The notes: generated from the letters alone by a model not told the origin. Positions 1 through 8,909 are shown, counted from the first letter of the stretch. The stretch: DNA of 64,000 bases from Spirochaetota bacterium (GCA_963663865.1 OY760686.1:3008001-3072000), one strand, 5' to 3'. A program made the numbers and translations.

Positions 1-270
1 ATCTGACATACTGTATGGATACCTCAAAAACCAGACACGGGCATTAAAACCTGCCCAGCAACTGAATCCGGTTTCCATACATGTTTCCATACATGCTTTG
101 GAACAACCTCCATTTGATCCTCGATTAGATGCAGATGATCTTCCTCCTCTTGAAGCACTGTTCGTCTCATCAGAAAATTCCTTGAGACCGGCATGGAGGG
201 AAACATCAGACAAAAGAAATAAAACGAAACCAACAAAAAGTACAGTCTTCAAATTGCATATCAATCTCAC
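1..270 (-). CDS. Partial hypothetical secreted/membrane protein (runs off the left edge)
   Basis: Hand-translated minus-strand frame from GTG at 270, preceded by AAAAAGGA: MRLICNLKTVLFVGFVLFLLSDVSLHAGLKEFSDETNSASRGGRSS...GCSKACMETCMETGFSCWAGFNARVWFLRYPYSMSD. It has a signal-peptide-like N-terminus and no stop before base 1. Not in the ORF track. Confidence 0.6.
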   Translation of the reverse strand, partial: MRLICNLKTVLFVGFVLFLLSDVSLHAGLKEFSDETNSASRGGRSSASNRGSNGGCSKACMETCMETGFSCWAGFNARVWFLRYPYSMSD

Positions 271-413
271 GGTCACATCCTTTTTAAACTGTTGTTGTTT
301 ACTGAAACAGATTTGGCGTGCAATTACGCTCAAATATTTGCCTGAACTTCATGTTAAATCCCTTTGTTTATCAACGCTGTCCCTGAAGCTCCCCCGATTT
401 ACAGGACAGATAG

Positions 414-1274
414 TTAAACAACATTTTTAAGTTTGAGCATATTTATTTCATATTCCACAGGATTTAAACAGTCAAGAAAATAATGCTGTCTTTTTCTGTT
501 ATAAAAAACAGCTATATATTCAAATATGTAAGACCTTGCTTCCTCTCTGGTTTTATATTTTCTACGATAAACTTCTTCAGTCTTTAATGTTGCAAAAAAG
601 CTTTCAGCACATGCATTGTCCCAGCAGTTACCTTTCCGGCTCATGCTTTGAATCATCTCGTATCCTTTAAGTGCTGTTCGAAAATCATCACAGGCATATT
701 GAGTTCCCCGATCAGAATGGAATATTAATCCATCATCAGGATTGCGATGAGTGACAGCCATATTTAATGAATCAATTACCAACTCTGCCCGCATATGAGA
801 CTCCATTGCCCATCCGACAATCATTCGAGAGAACAGGTCAATTATAACAGATAGATACAGCCATCCTTCCATCGTCCATATATAGGTGATATCGCTTACC
901 CAATAGGTGTTGGGTTGCTGCACATCAAACTGCCTATTGAGAAGGTTTGGTGCCACTGGATATTCTTGATCTGAATTGGTAGTAACCTTAAATTTGCGTT
1001 TTTGTGCACCTTTAAGATCGTTCCTTTGCATGAGTCGAGCTACTCGTTTCTTTGAGGTTTTGATTCCCTTCTTCTTAATATCTTTAAAGACCCTGGGGCT
1101 GCCGTATGTTTCTCTGCTTTCTTCATGACTCTTTTTGATTATAACAAGTAATTCCTGATCTCGAAGCTCACGAGAGCAAGGTTTTGAATTCAGCCATTTG
1201 TAATATTGACTTCTGGGTATTCTAAATGTTTCAGCCATCTTCTTCACCGGATAAATCGATTCATTGTTTTTCAT
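414..1274 (-). CDS. IS3-family transposase OrfB (rve/DDE integrase core)
   Basis: Motifs YGSPR, WVSDITYI, IFHSDRGTQY and SRKGNCWDNACAESFF, which carry the D-D-E triad. Confidence 0.95.
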   Translation of the reverse strand: MKNNESIYPVKKMAETFRIPRSQYYKWLNSKPCSRELRDQELLVIIKKSHEESRETYGSPRVFKDIKKKGIKTSKKRVARLMQRNDLKGAQKRKFKVTTNSDQEYPVAPNLLNRQFDVQQPNTYWVSDITYIWTMEGWLYLSVIIDLFSRMIVGWAMESHMRAELVIDSLNMAVTHRNPDDGLIFHSDRGTQYACDDFRTALKGYEMIQSMSRKGNCWDNACAESFFATLKTEEVYRRKYKTREEARSYIFEYIAVFYNRKRQHYFLDCLNPVEYEINMLKLKNVV

Positions 1275-1573
1275 GAATTCGAATTTCTCCTTTCGGGTTG
1301 TGAAAAGATGGCCATTGCTTTTTTTAATATATCACGCTCCATACGAAGATCTGCGTTCTCTTTTTTCAAACGTGTTATTTCTTCATCTCGCGGATTTCCT
1401 TTCCCTGGAAAAACTTTTTTGGTTTCATTGGCAAATTCCTTTTTCCAGCGTGACAAGAGATCAGATTTAATCCCCAGATTATCGGCGACCGCAGAAGCTG
1501 TTTTGCCGCTCTCTTTCAGTAATTTTACTGCATCAATTTTGAATTGACGATCATACGTTCTTCTGTTAGTCAT
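1271..1573 (-). CDS. IS3-family transposase OrfA (HTH + leucine zipper)
   Basis: RRTYDRQFKIDAVKL...VADNLGI...LLSRWKK HTH and EITRLKKENADLRMERDILKKAMAIF zipper. An A7G slippery run at 1318-1325 leads into the -1 frame, which is open into OrfB. Confidence 0.95.
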   Translation of the reverse strand: MTNRRTYDRQFKIDAVKLLKESGKTASAVADNLGIKSDLLSRWKKEFANETKKVFPGKGNPRDEEITRLKKENADLRMERDILKKAMAIFSQPERRNSNS

Positions 1574-1647
1574 GGGTTTCTCCGTTAAGTTTATTATCGT
1601 TAAATTCGCTTAACTTCGTGTCCACTTTTTCGGGGTAGGTTCATGGA

Positions 1648-1815
1648 GAGTAATTTCCACATAGCATTATGTCAGTTTTACATAACCGAGAGTGATTTCA
1701 ACATAGCATTATGTCAGTTTTACATAACCGTGAGTGATTTCAACATAGCATTATGTCAGTTTTACATAACCGTGAGTGATTTCAACATAGCATTATGTCA
1801 GTTTTACATAACCGC
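1648..1815. repeat. Tandem array of 4 x 42-bp units (GAGTGATTTCAACATAGCATTATGTCAGTTTTACATAACCGT)
   Basis: Units at 1648-1689, 1690-1731, 1732-1773 and 1774-1815. Units 2 and 3 are identical, unit 1 has 3 differences and unit 4 differs at its last base. There are no spacers. Confidence 0.95.
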
Positions 1816-1852
1816 GTAGAGACGCCCCAATTGGGCGTCTCTACGCGGTTAT
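1808..1852. repeat. Perfect 20-bp-arm palindrome containing a GTAG-type REP-like element
   Basis: ATAACCGCGTAGAGACGCCC-CAATT-GGGCGTCTCTACGCGGTTAT. The core GTAGAGACG...CGTCTCTAC matches the GTAG REP family pattern. Confidence 0.7.
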
Positions 1853-1927
1853 TCGTTGTCTTTACATTGCAAGCGCCGTGGACACTCAATCAGGTAATTA
1901 TCCTCCCCCACAAAAAAACAATACCTC

Positions 1928-3094
1928 TCAATCAGGTTCGATTGAAAGCAGGAGATACTTTTCAGAGTGGCCGTAACCCTTGCCCGGTTCAGGGAATGCG
2001 GCAACAAGTGATATCCAGTAGTCGTTGACCTTGACGCGGCTGAAACGGGTTGATGTATTGTAAAGTGTCACATCTTCGTGGAGGGACGGGCGTTTTATGA
2101 AGGTAAGCAGCGTTTCAACCCTTCCCTCACCAATGCACGCTTCGTCCTCATCAAGACACTCACTGATGTCAATTCTTTGACAATTCAAGGAAAAATCACC
2201 GGTATCAAGATATTCCATCTCTCTAATCCTGAAAGGAGTACCGTCGAATTTCATTGTGTCCGTTTCGGTGTCGGGCTCTATCAGAAAAACAGCTTTATCA
2301 TTATCGCCTGTGTCTGACAGAGGGTTTTTCGTCATGGAAACCAGCTTTATGGAATACCCGAAGAGATAGTTTACACTCTGTCCGTTCAGGCTGTTGTCTC
2401 CAATCAGGAACTCCCGCCTCTGCATTGAACCGAGCTTATCATAGTAATCGTTCTGAACTGGCTTTTGCCCATAATAAAAGGCGCATCTGGCCGTGTTCTC
2501 TGAAGCACTCGCCGTCAACAGCCTGAATGAAAATGTCTCGTTGCCATCCACGATATAGGCTATATCGCCGGGACTGATTTCGAACTCACGTCCCAACTGG
2601 AAGTCTGTGTATCCCGGCTTGCTCGGGTTTTCCCAGAGCAGCAGCCTCGTGTCAAATGATTCGGTCAGAGAATAGTATGTATAGGTGTCGCTGTATCCCG
2701 CAGTATCATAACTTAAGCCGTATGATTCATATAATCCCCGCCTGTAGTTCGCAATCATTAGAAGCCTGTTCCAGACTCTTTCAGGACCCATATCGAGAAA
2801 CAGAAAATCCGATCCTCCTCCAGGAAGAGAGAGCAGATGGACCTCTAAAGGCTCATGGTATTTCGGTATAGCGTCATATACGATATTTTTTACTTCGTCA
2901 GGCATCTCTTTGAACGGAAGATCGGACCTGTGAATCTCTATATCTTTATAGTCTTCTTCGTCAACCCCTGAGACACCTCCAGCCCCCACCATTACACATG
3001 AGCCCATAGTCAGAGAACAGGCAATCATACTCAGAAAAATTATTTGTATTCGATGAACAAAAGGTCGCATTACCGAACTCACAATTGATATCAT
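1928..3094 (-). CDS. Hypothetical lipoprotein/exported protein
   Basis: Long ORF (track start 3124; the ATG at 3094 follows a GGGGG RBS). Hydrophobic N-terminus with an LTMGSC lipobox-like segment and a C-terminal Cys pair (SECLDEDEACIGEG). Confidence 0.7.
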   Translation of the reverse strand: MISIVSSVMRPFVHRIQIIFLSMIACSLTMGSCVMVGAGGVSGVDEEDYKDIEIHRSDLPFKEMPDEVKNIVYDAIPKYHEPLEVHLLSLPGGGSDFLFLDMGPERVWNRLLMIANYRRGLYESYGLSYDTAGYSDTYTYYSLTESFDTRLLLWENPSKPGYTDFQLGREFEISPGDIAYIVDGNETFSFRLLTASASENTARCAFYYGQKPVQNDYYDKLGSMQRREFLIGDNSLNGQSVNYLFGYSIKLVSMTKNPLSDTGDNDKAVFLIEPDTETDTMKFDGTPFRIREMEYLDTGDFSLNCQRIDISECLDEDEACIGEGRVETLLTFIKRPSLHEDVTLYNTSTRFSRVKVNDYWISLVAAFPEPGKGYGHSEKYLLLSIEPD

Positions 3095-3313
3095 TTCCTG
3101 GTTTCCCCCTTTCTCAGTCAGCATATTATCTTACCGCTTTTTGTCCCCCCTCCAGAGACACTGCGGCGAACCCGAATTCTCATAGGTATATCAAACTAAC
3201 CACCGTTTTATATGCAGATGTTGATTGACATGTAAAGTTTTTTTTGACACATATGCCATGATTCGCTCTTGCTTTCTGCTGCAGGCGAAACAAATACAAC
3301 TCTGGAGATAATC

Positions 3314-3784
3314 ATGAAAAAGTTCTCTTTCCTCGTGCTCGTTTTGTGCTTTGCTGCTGTAAGCTGTAAAATGCTTCCCAAACCTGAAGAGATGAAGGCT
3401 GACATAGCGGGTTTCGAACTTCCAAGGCTGCCTGAAGAAGGCAAAGCGCTGGTCTATGTAGTAAGACCCAATGCTATAGGCGGTTTAATCAGGTTCAACG
3501 TCTTTATCGATGACAAGCTGGTTGACTCCGAAATGGGATTCACAAGGGGAAACCAGTACATATACTTCAACCTGCAGCCGGGCCCGCATACAATCCTCTC
3601 CAAAGCTGAAAACTGGGCGGAATATCCCGTAAACGCAGAGCCGGGAGACATCATCTTCATTGAGCAGGTCCCTGCGATGGGCTTTGTAATGGCGAGGAAC
3701 TCACTCAAGGCAATCGAGGATTACGCTGGCAAGTATCACGTCAAACACCTGGCGCCGGGCACCATCAAAAAACTCGATAAGTAA
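3314..3784 (+). CDS. DUF2846-like lipoprotein
   Basis: GGAG RBS before ATG 3314. Signal peptide MKKFSFLVLVLCFAAVSC, and PEEGKALVYVVRP...YIYFNLQPGPHTI resembles DUF2846. Confidence 0.8.
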   Translation: MKKFSFLVLVLCFAAVSCKMLPKPEEMKADIAGFELPRLPEEGKALVYVVRPNAIGGLIRFNVFIDDKLVDSEMGFTRGNQYIYFNLQPGPHTILSKAENWAEYPVNAEPGDIIFIEQVPAMGFVMARNSLKAIEDYAGKYHVKHLAPGTIKKLDK

Positions 3785-3843
3785 GGGAGGCCTGAGCCTG
3801 TCGAAGACAACGCTCATCAGTTAAACCATTATCTTTTGACGCT

Positions 3844-3880
3844 CACAGGCCCGGATTTAGGGTTTCCGGGCCTGTGCTTT
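3844..3880 (+). terminator. Probable intrinsic terminator
   Basis: CACAGGCCCGGA...TCCGGGCCTGTG 12-bp stem followed by CTTT, downstream of the DUF2846 gene. Confidence 0.55.
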
Positions 3881-4040
3881 CGCGGGAAAGTTACAAATCA
3901 TATTGATTCATATGCTCCAATCCGATTTTCCTTGACATGTTTTTCTTTCTGACACCATAAAAGATCAGCAGAGCGCCTATCTTGCGCCTGTCTCCCCGCA
4001 GCATTCAGACGTGAACAATACATTTTCCTGGAGAGTTATT

Positions 4041-4601
4041 ATGAAGAAGACTCATCGTCCGTTATATTTTATTTTTTTCGCCCTGACGGTTCTATCCCTG
4101 TTGTCCTTTACAGCCTGCGGCTCAGCAGTTAAACGTCAAATATCAGACGGCAACTACGATCAGGCTGAGACCCTGCTCAGACAGGATGGATATGAAGGAA
4201 GCCACCTTTATAAAGAGATGGGCGATAAATGCCTCAGCACCGGGAAAACAGTCATGGCGCTTGACTACTATGTAAAGTCCGGGATGTCGGAAGAAGACGC
4301 CAGCATAACAATAGCCAGTTCCATAGTAATGCCTGGCGAAAGAGACATTCAGAAATACATCAATCACTCTTCATACAGAAACTACCTCACAATGATGCAA
4401 AAGATTAACCGCACCCGCCGTCACCGGGACCTGAACGCGAGAAAACACGCTATAAATGCCTTTAAAATATACAAGGAAGGTTCCTGGCCTTCAGCAGGAC
4501 CCGCTGTTCTTGCCGAATACATGAAATCAATCGACGCAAAAATCAAGAGCAAAGCGGTAAAAATAAGATTTGAGTACAGGCAAAGCAAGAAGGGGAAGTA
4601 A
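4041..4601 (+). CDS. Hypothetical lipoprotein (TPR-like helices)
   Basis: GGAGAG RBS and signal peptide ending LSFTAC. An upstream TTGACA lies at 3932. Confidence 0.75.
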   Translation: MKKTHRPLYFIFFALTVLSLLSFTACGSAVKRQISDGNYDQAETLLRQDGYEGSHLYKEMGDKCLSTGKTVMALDYYVKSGMSEEDASITIASSIVMPGERDIQKYINHSSYRNYLTMMQKINRTRRHRDLNARKHAINAFKIYKEGSWPSAGPAVLAEYMKSIDAKIKSKAVKIRFEYRQSKKGK

Positions 4602-5005
4602 GTTTATGCCAGCCCGCGCCGTCAGACGCGGACGATGCAGTAACTCTGCCGGTTTTTAATGGTATCACCTGTCACTGCGCTCACTAATGCAGGAAAAGAG
4701 ATTGTCATTATTCTCTCATCCTGCATTAGCACCTCTCCGTATGTTAGAAATGGCTGATTTTTGGAGAATATCCGCTATAATCTGCCTCTGCCGAAATCAC
4801 ACCTGAAAGAAAAACATCCTATCTACTCTGAATTCAATTAAATCCTGCAATACAAAATAAAACAAAAAAATCCATTATGCAAAATATATTAACCATATTG
4901 CAAAGCAGCTTTTTATTAAAATACCTATATTAGCGTCGTATGCAGCATGATAAGCTCTGCGTTGAGCGGAGCAGCATTCAGTAAAACAACAAAAAGGTGA
5001 CGCAA

Positions 5006-6292
5006 ATGATTAACACGGCCGAATGCATAACTGTTAAAGAATACTTCAACAGCTCTGAATTCATAATGGACATGAAGAACAACAACCTCTCAACCGACGA
5101 AGCAAAATCCGTTTACTATCGATGTATAAACAGGGAAGAAAACAACAGGATAAGTATCATATCAAAGATATCCTCAAACATGGGGGTTGACGCCTCGACC
5201 GAGAAAAACCTTCACGATATTAAAAACAGAGAGCAGTTCAGAATAAAGCTCGAGATTTTCAGGCGCGAATCACTTATGAGCATTGAAAACACGATTCTTG
5301 ACTGCCTAAAGTTTAACAGGTTGTCACTCAGAAAATTGCAGGAAACCTCGGCCTTTATTGAAACCATATTGGAAGATCTTAAAGGAAAATCAAAGGAGCA
5401 CTTTCTTATTTTCGGCAGTACAGGCTGCGAACCAGCGGCAGCATATCACAACCTGATGAGAGACTACGCCAGAAAAGGCATTTCAGATCTCCTTTACCTT
5501 TCTGAGCTTCTGTACAGAAAATCAAAGGGCGTGCCGCTCACAAACAGCAAAAACAGCATGATCGAATTATGCGGAGCGTGGCTTGCTGTTATTAACGAGT
5601 ACAAACACTTCAATGAACAGTTTATTCCGTTCTATCAATCGAATGAAAAGTTTTTGACATCATTGTTTCATGGGAAAACATCCATACGTAATGATCATAC
5701 CGAAAAAGACAGAATAGTCAGGGAACTTATCATCAGCTGCCCCCCTGAAGAACGCGAAAAAATACTCGCTGAGCTTTCATCTCAGGCGATTCTCATGGAT
5801 TCAGCAAGAAAGATGATGAAATCCGCTCACTCATTTCTTCAGACTTATTACCACGAGATACTGAAAAAACACATAGAGGTGCACCGCTACCTTCAGGACA
5901 GCGTGTGCGATTGCGGCAGGTTCCATCCCCGGAATAACAATACCAGAATGCTCTTCGTTTCATTTGCCGTCATACTGAAGGACATCAAAGCAAGGCATGT
6001 TCAATATCAGGAGAAAAACTTGATAAACTTCGGAATAGGGGGATTGACCTACTCCGATATAACAAAAAGGCTGATTCTCACGATTGAAGTGCTTCACTCA
6101 GCCTATCTGCAGCTTGCCAATATTTCGGTTGCTCCAGCCATGTCAAAAAAATTCTGTATATCGGGCAGCAATACTATTGTAACGATCAAAGGCGAAAAAA
6201 AGGCGATTCCCTTCACAACAGCAAGGGACTTTTGCAGAAACAGGCTTAATGAACTTAAAGATGAAATTCAGTTTATCAGGAATCCGGGATGA
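5006..6292 (+). CDS. Hypothetical protein (predicted all-helical, no recognised family)
   Basis: 428-431-codon ORF after an AT-rich intergenic region. AAGGTG precedes ATG 5006 (track start GTG 4997). Confidence 0.7.
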   Translation: MINTAECITVKEYFNSSEFIMDMKNNNLSTDEAKSVYYRCINREENNRISIISKISSNMGVDASTEKNLHDIKNREQFRIKLEIFRRESLMSIENTILDCLKFNRLSLRKLQETSAFIETILEDLKGKSKEHFLIFGSTGCEPAAAYHNLMRDYARKGISDLLYLSELLYRKSKGVPLTNSKNSMIELCGAWLAVINEYKHFNEQFIPFYQSNEKFLTSLFHGKTSIRNDHTEKDRIVRELIISCPPEEREKILAELSSQAILMDSARKMMKSAHSFLQTYYHEILKKHIEVHRYLQDSVCDCGRFHPRNNNTRMLFVSFAVILKDIKARHVQYQEKNLINFGIGGLTYSDITKRLILTIEVLHSAYLQLANISVAPAMSKKFCISGSNTIVTIKGEKKAIPFTTARDFCRNRLNELKDEIQFIRNPG

Positions 6293-6645
6293 TAAGCCTG
6301 GAAAGACTTTGCATGAAGTTCCGGAAGAACAATACGCATTATATGCTGGTCACCAGGTTCCGAACGCAGGTTCAGCTCATAACGCTTTTATCCGCAGACC
6401 GCGGAGGTGTTCCCTATATTGAGCCGATCACAGACCTGCGTTCGAAACCGAGATCATACCCTGTTCCCCCGCCGAAGGCGGGGGAACATACCGATTTGTA
6501 CAATGGAACGGGAGCACATTGACCGGCCATGTCCGTGAACAAGAACTGAGTTTCTTCACATAATCTTTGTTTATAAAACTTTGATAATTGACTTTTTGAG
6601 GAGAGCATTTAAGGGTATTCATATCTATGCAATGCAAAAAATGCC

Positions 6646-8817
6646 ATGAAAAACAGAGAATACAGAGAAAGAATTAACAGAGTAATTAACCATATACAGG
6701 ACAATCTCGATACTCCGCTTGTCACAGAAGACCTGGCAAAAATCGCTTTCCTGTCGAGATCCCATTTCAAAAAAGTCTTCAAACAGATCACCGGCGAAAA
6801 CATAAGCGACTACGTAAAGCGTTCACGCCTCGAAAAGGCTCAGTTTCTGCTGCTGCATAACCAGAACAGAGCAATTACCGATATAGCCCTTGAAACAGGT
6901 TTCTCATCGTCGGCTACCTTCGCGCGTGTTTTCAAGCAGTACTTTGGAATAAGCGCCTCTGATTTCCGGAAGAGCAATGAAAACGGCTCTCTTTTGAAAT
7001 TCGGCACACCCTTTCTGAGAAATTACATTCCTGATCAATATCAGGGATATGACTCCGTCGTCAGCATAGCGGATGACGGGAATGGAACTTATTACTTCGG
7101 CTCACACCATGGAGAAATCTATATTTACCAAAATGAAAAATTCAGCAAGATAAAGTTCAATGGACTTTCGACCATTTATTCGCTTTGCTATGACAGCTCC
7201 GGAAATCTCTGGGCAGGAAGCGTTGATGACTTTGGACGTGTTGAAAAAAACTGTTATGGATACAAGTTCATTTCAATGAAGACTTATCTAAAAGAAGATG
7301 ATTGTAATTTCGGCCATATCTGGAGGATTGTAGACTCCTGCAGCGGCATATATTTTCAGGCATGGTCGGTTATTTTTCGCTGGCATCAAAATCAATTTAC
7401 CGTGATCAGAACTTCGACATCATTCGGTTCTCTTACCTTCATAAACAATAAGCTGTACAGCCTTGAGTATAAAAACGGCATTGTTTCGATTAGCGGCAGC
7501 GAAGTTCACCGGGAAAGCGGTTCCGATCAGATCAACAGCGAACACATCGCCGTAACATCCTTCCTGCCATATGATGATGAGAATATTTTCTGTGCCACAA
7601 GAAACCTGGGATTCTGGCTTTATGACGGACACAAATTCACCCGTTTTACAACCGAAGTTGACCACCTTCTTGAAGAAGCCGGTGTTCTCAGGGCTGTATA
7701 CATACCACGCCTCGGTTATGCAGTAGGGACCTGTACTATGGGAATAATAATAATAGACAAATCTGGTAAGCTTTTCTCAATTATCAACAGCAGACACGGA
7801 TTCTCGGACAACTATATCCGCTCGATACATTATTCTAAAGACGGAATGCTGCTCGTGGGAATGATGTACGGCATTGCCATGCTGATGGCCGGCCTTCCCG
7901 TCCTCATTTACAATGAGAACACCGGCGTTAAAAACATGATATCATCAATCATCCGGTTCAGAGGAAGCCTGTATCTCGCTACACAGTTCGGAATACGGAG
8001 AGAAAAGCATCGTATCCAAATCGGCGAAGAGATATTCCAACGAATGCCCGATATTCTTTCACAGACTCACTATCTCCTTGAAAGCAATGAATCCCTCTGC
8101 ATAGCCTACGCTTTCGGCCTTTACATCATAAGAGAAAACGGAAATCAGGATTTCAATTTCAACTCGACCATAAGATGGCTTTGTCAGTCAAATATTAAAC
8201 CTGACACCATCTACGGTTCATCAAACGGAATCATTTTCAGTTTCCACTACATGTCCGGACAATGGTATAAAGGTGAAACAATTGACGGACTCAAGGGGAT
8301 TTTAGGCGATATCGTCGAAGATGACTCCGGCAGACTTTTTGTAAAGAGCTCACAGGGAATTGTTTACAGAATAGCCATAAAAGACAAATGCGTTGATGAA
8401 ATAATCGAATTTGGATATGAACAGGGCGTTCCGTCTACCACTTCCGGCATATATAAAGTCAGGGGAAGTGTTTATCTCGCTACCGATGAAGGCATATTTC
8501 ACTACGATGAATCCCGGAACTGCTTCAATCAGGACTGTTCCCTTGGCAGGCTTTTTGACAACTCGATTATTCACGAAATAGTCGAGGACGGCGACCATGT
8601 CTGGGTGATAGAAGGGCGGTCCAGAAATGTATATCGTATAAACCCGGACTCACAGAAAAAATCCTCGATGAAACCGGTTTTGAGCAGCCCCGGACTCAGG
8701 GCAAAAACAGTATACCCGGAAGAAAACGGAGTAGTCTGGATTGGATGTTACAATCAGCTTATTCGTTTCAGCATGAAAGAACAGGAAAAGTTCAGCATCT
8801 CAATGAGAAGCTGCTGA
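6646..8817 (+). CDS. AraC-family regulator fused to a C-terminal two-component-sensor-type beta-propeller
   Basis: N-terminal AraC double HTH (INRVINHIQDNLDTPL...LSRSHFKKVFK...ITDIALETGFSSSATFARVFKQYFG). It is followed by repeated propeller blades (SIADDGNGTYYFG, SLCYDSSGNLWAG, DIVEDDSGRLFV, PEENGVVWIG). Confidence 0.85.
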   Translation: MKNREYRERINRVINHIQDNLDTPLVTEDLAKIAFLSRSHFKKVFKQITGENISDYVKRSRLEKAQFLLLHNQNRAITDIALETGFSSSATFARVFKQYFGISASDFRKSNENGSLLKFGTPFLRNYIPDQYQGYDSVVSIADDGNGTYYFGSHHGEIYIYQNEKFSKIKFNGLSTIYSLCYDSSGNLWAGSVDDFGRVEKNCYGYKFISMKTYLKEDDCNFGHIWRIVDSCSGIYFQAWSVIFRWHQNQFTVIRTSTSFGSLTFINNKLYSLEYKNGIVSISGSEVHRESGSDQINSEHIAVTSFLPYDDENIFCATRNLGFWLYDGHKFTRFTTEVDHLLEEAGVLRAVYIPRLGYAVGTCTMGIIIIDKSGKLFSIINSRHGFSDNYIRSIHYSKDGMLLVGMMYGIAMLMAGLPVLIYNENTGVKNMISSIIRFRGSLYLATQFGIRREKHRIQIGEEIFQRMPDILSQTHYLLESNESLCIAYAFGLYIIRENGNQDFNFNSTIRWLCQSNIKPDTIYGSSNGIIFSFHYMSGQWYKGETIDGLKGILGDIVEDDSGRLFVKSSQGIVYRIAIKDKCVDEIIEFGYEQGVPSTTSGIYKVRGSVYLATDEGIFHYDESRNCFNQDCSLGRLFDNSIIHEIVEDGDHVWVIEGRSRNVYRINPDSQKKSSMKPVLSSPGLRAKTVYPEENGVVWIGCYNQLIRFSMKEQEKFSISMRSC

Positions 8818-8909
8818 TACACGGCCTTTCGGCAAACCTGTTTACAGCTTATGCTTCAAACTTTGTTATTGCCGGCAGAGCCTTTCCGTCTTGACATTAA
8901 ACCTGCCCA

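Larger units (their letters stand above)
384..1643 (-). mobile_element. IS3-family insertion sequence (about 1260 bp)
   Basis: Imperfect terminal inverted repeats TGAAGCTCCCCCGATTTACAGGACA (384-408) and TGAACCTACCCCGAAAAAGTGGACA (revcomp of 1619-1643) with TG...CA ends. They enclose orfA/orfB, and the element is more AT-rich than the flanking genes. Confidence 0.93.

Noticed and set aside
24-430. Track ORFs 24-236(-) and 98-430(+)
   Set aside because: They are alternative frames of the more plausible RBS-led ORF 270->1, and the + ORF runs into the IS end.
1648-1815. CRISPR array
   Set aside because: The units are contiguous and near-identical with no unique spacers, and there are no cas genes in the window.
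1648-1815. dif/Xer recombination sites (TTATGTAAAACT resembles an XerD arm)
   Set aside because: Arm orientation and spacing do not fit CATAA-N6-TTATG.
3790-3808. GCCTGAGCCTGTCGAAGAC resembles half of a known REP-like repeat
   Set aside because: Only one arm is present and no partner was seen in the window, so it is too short to support.
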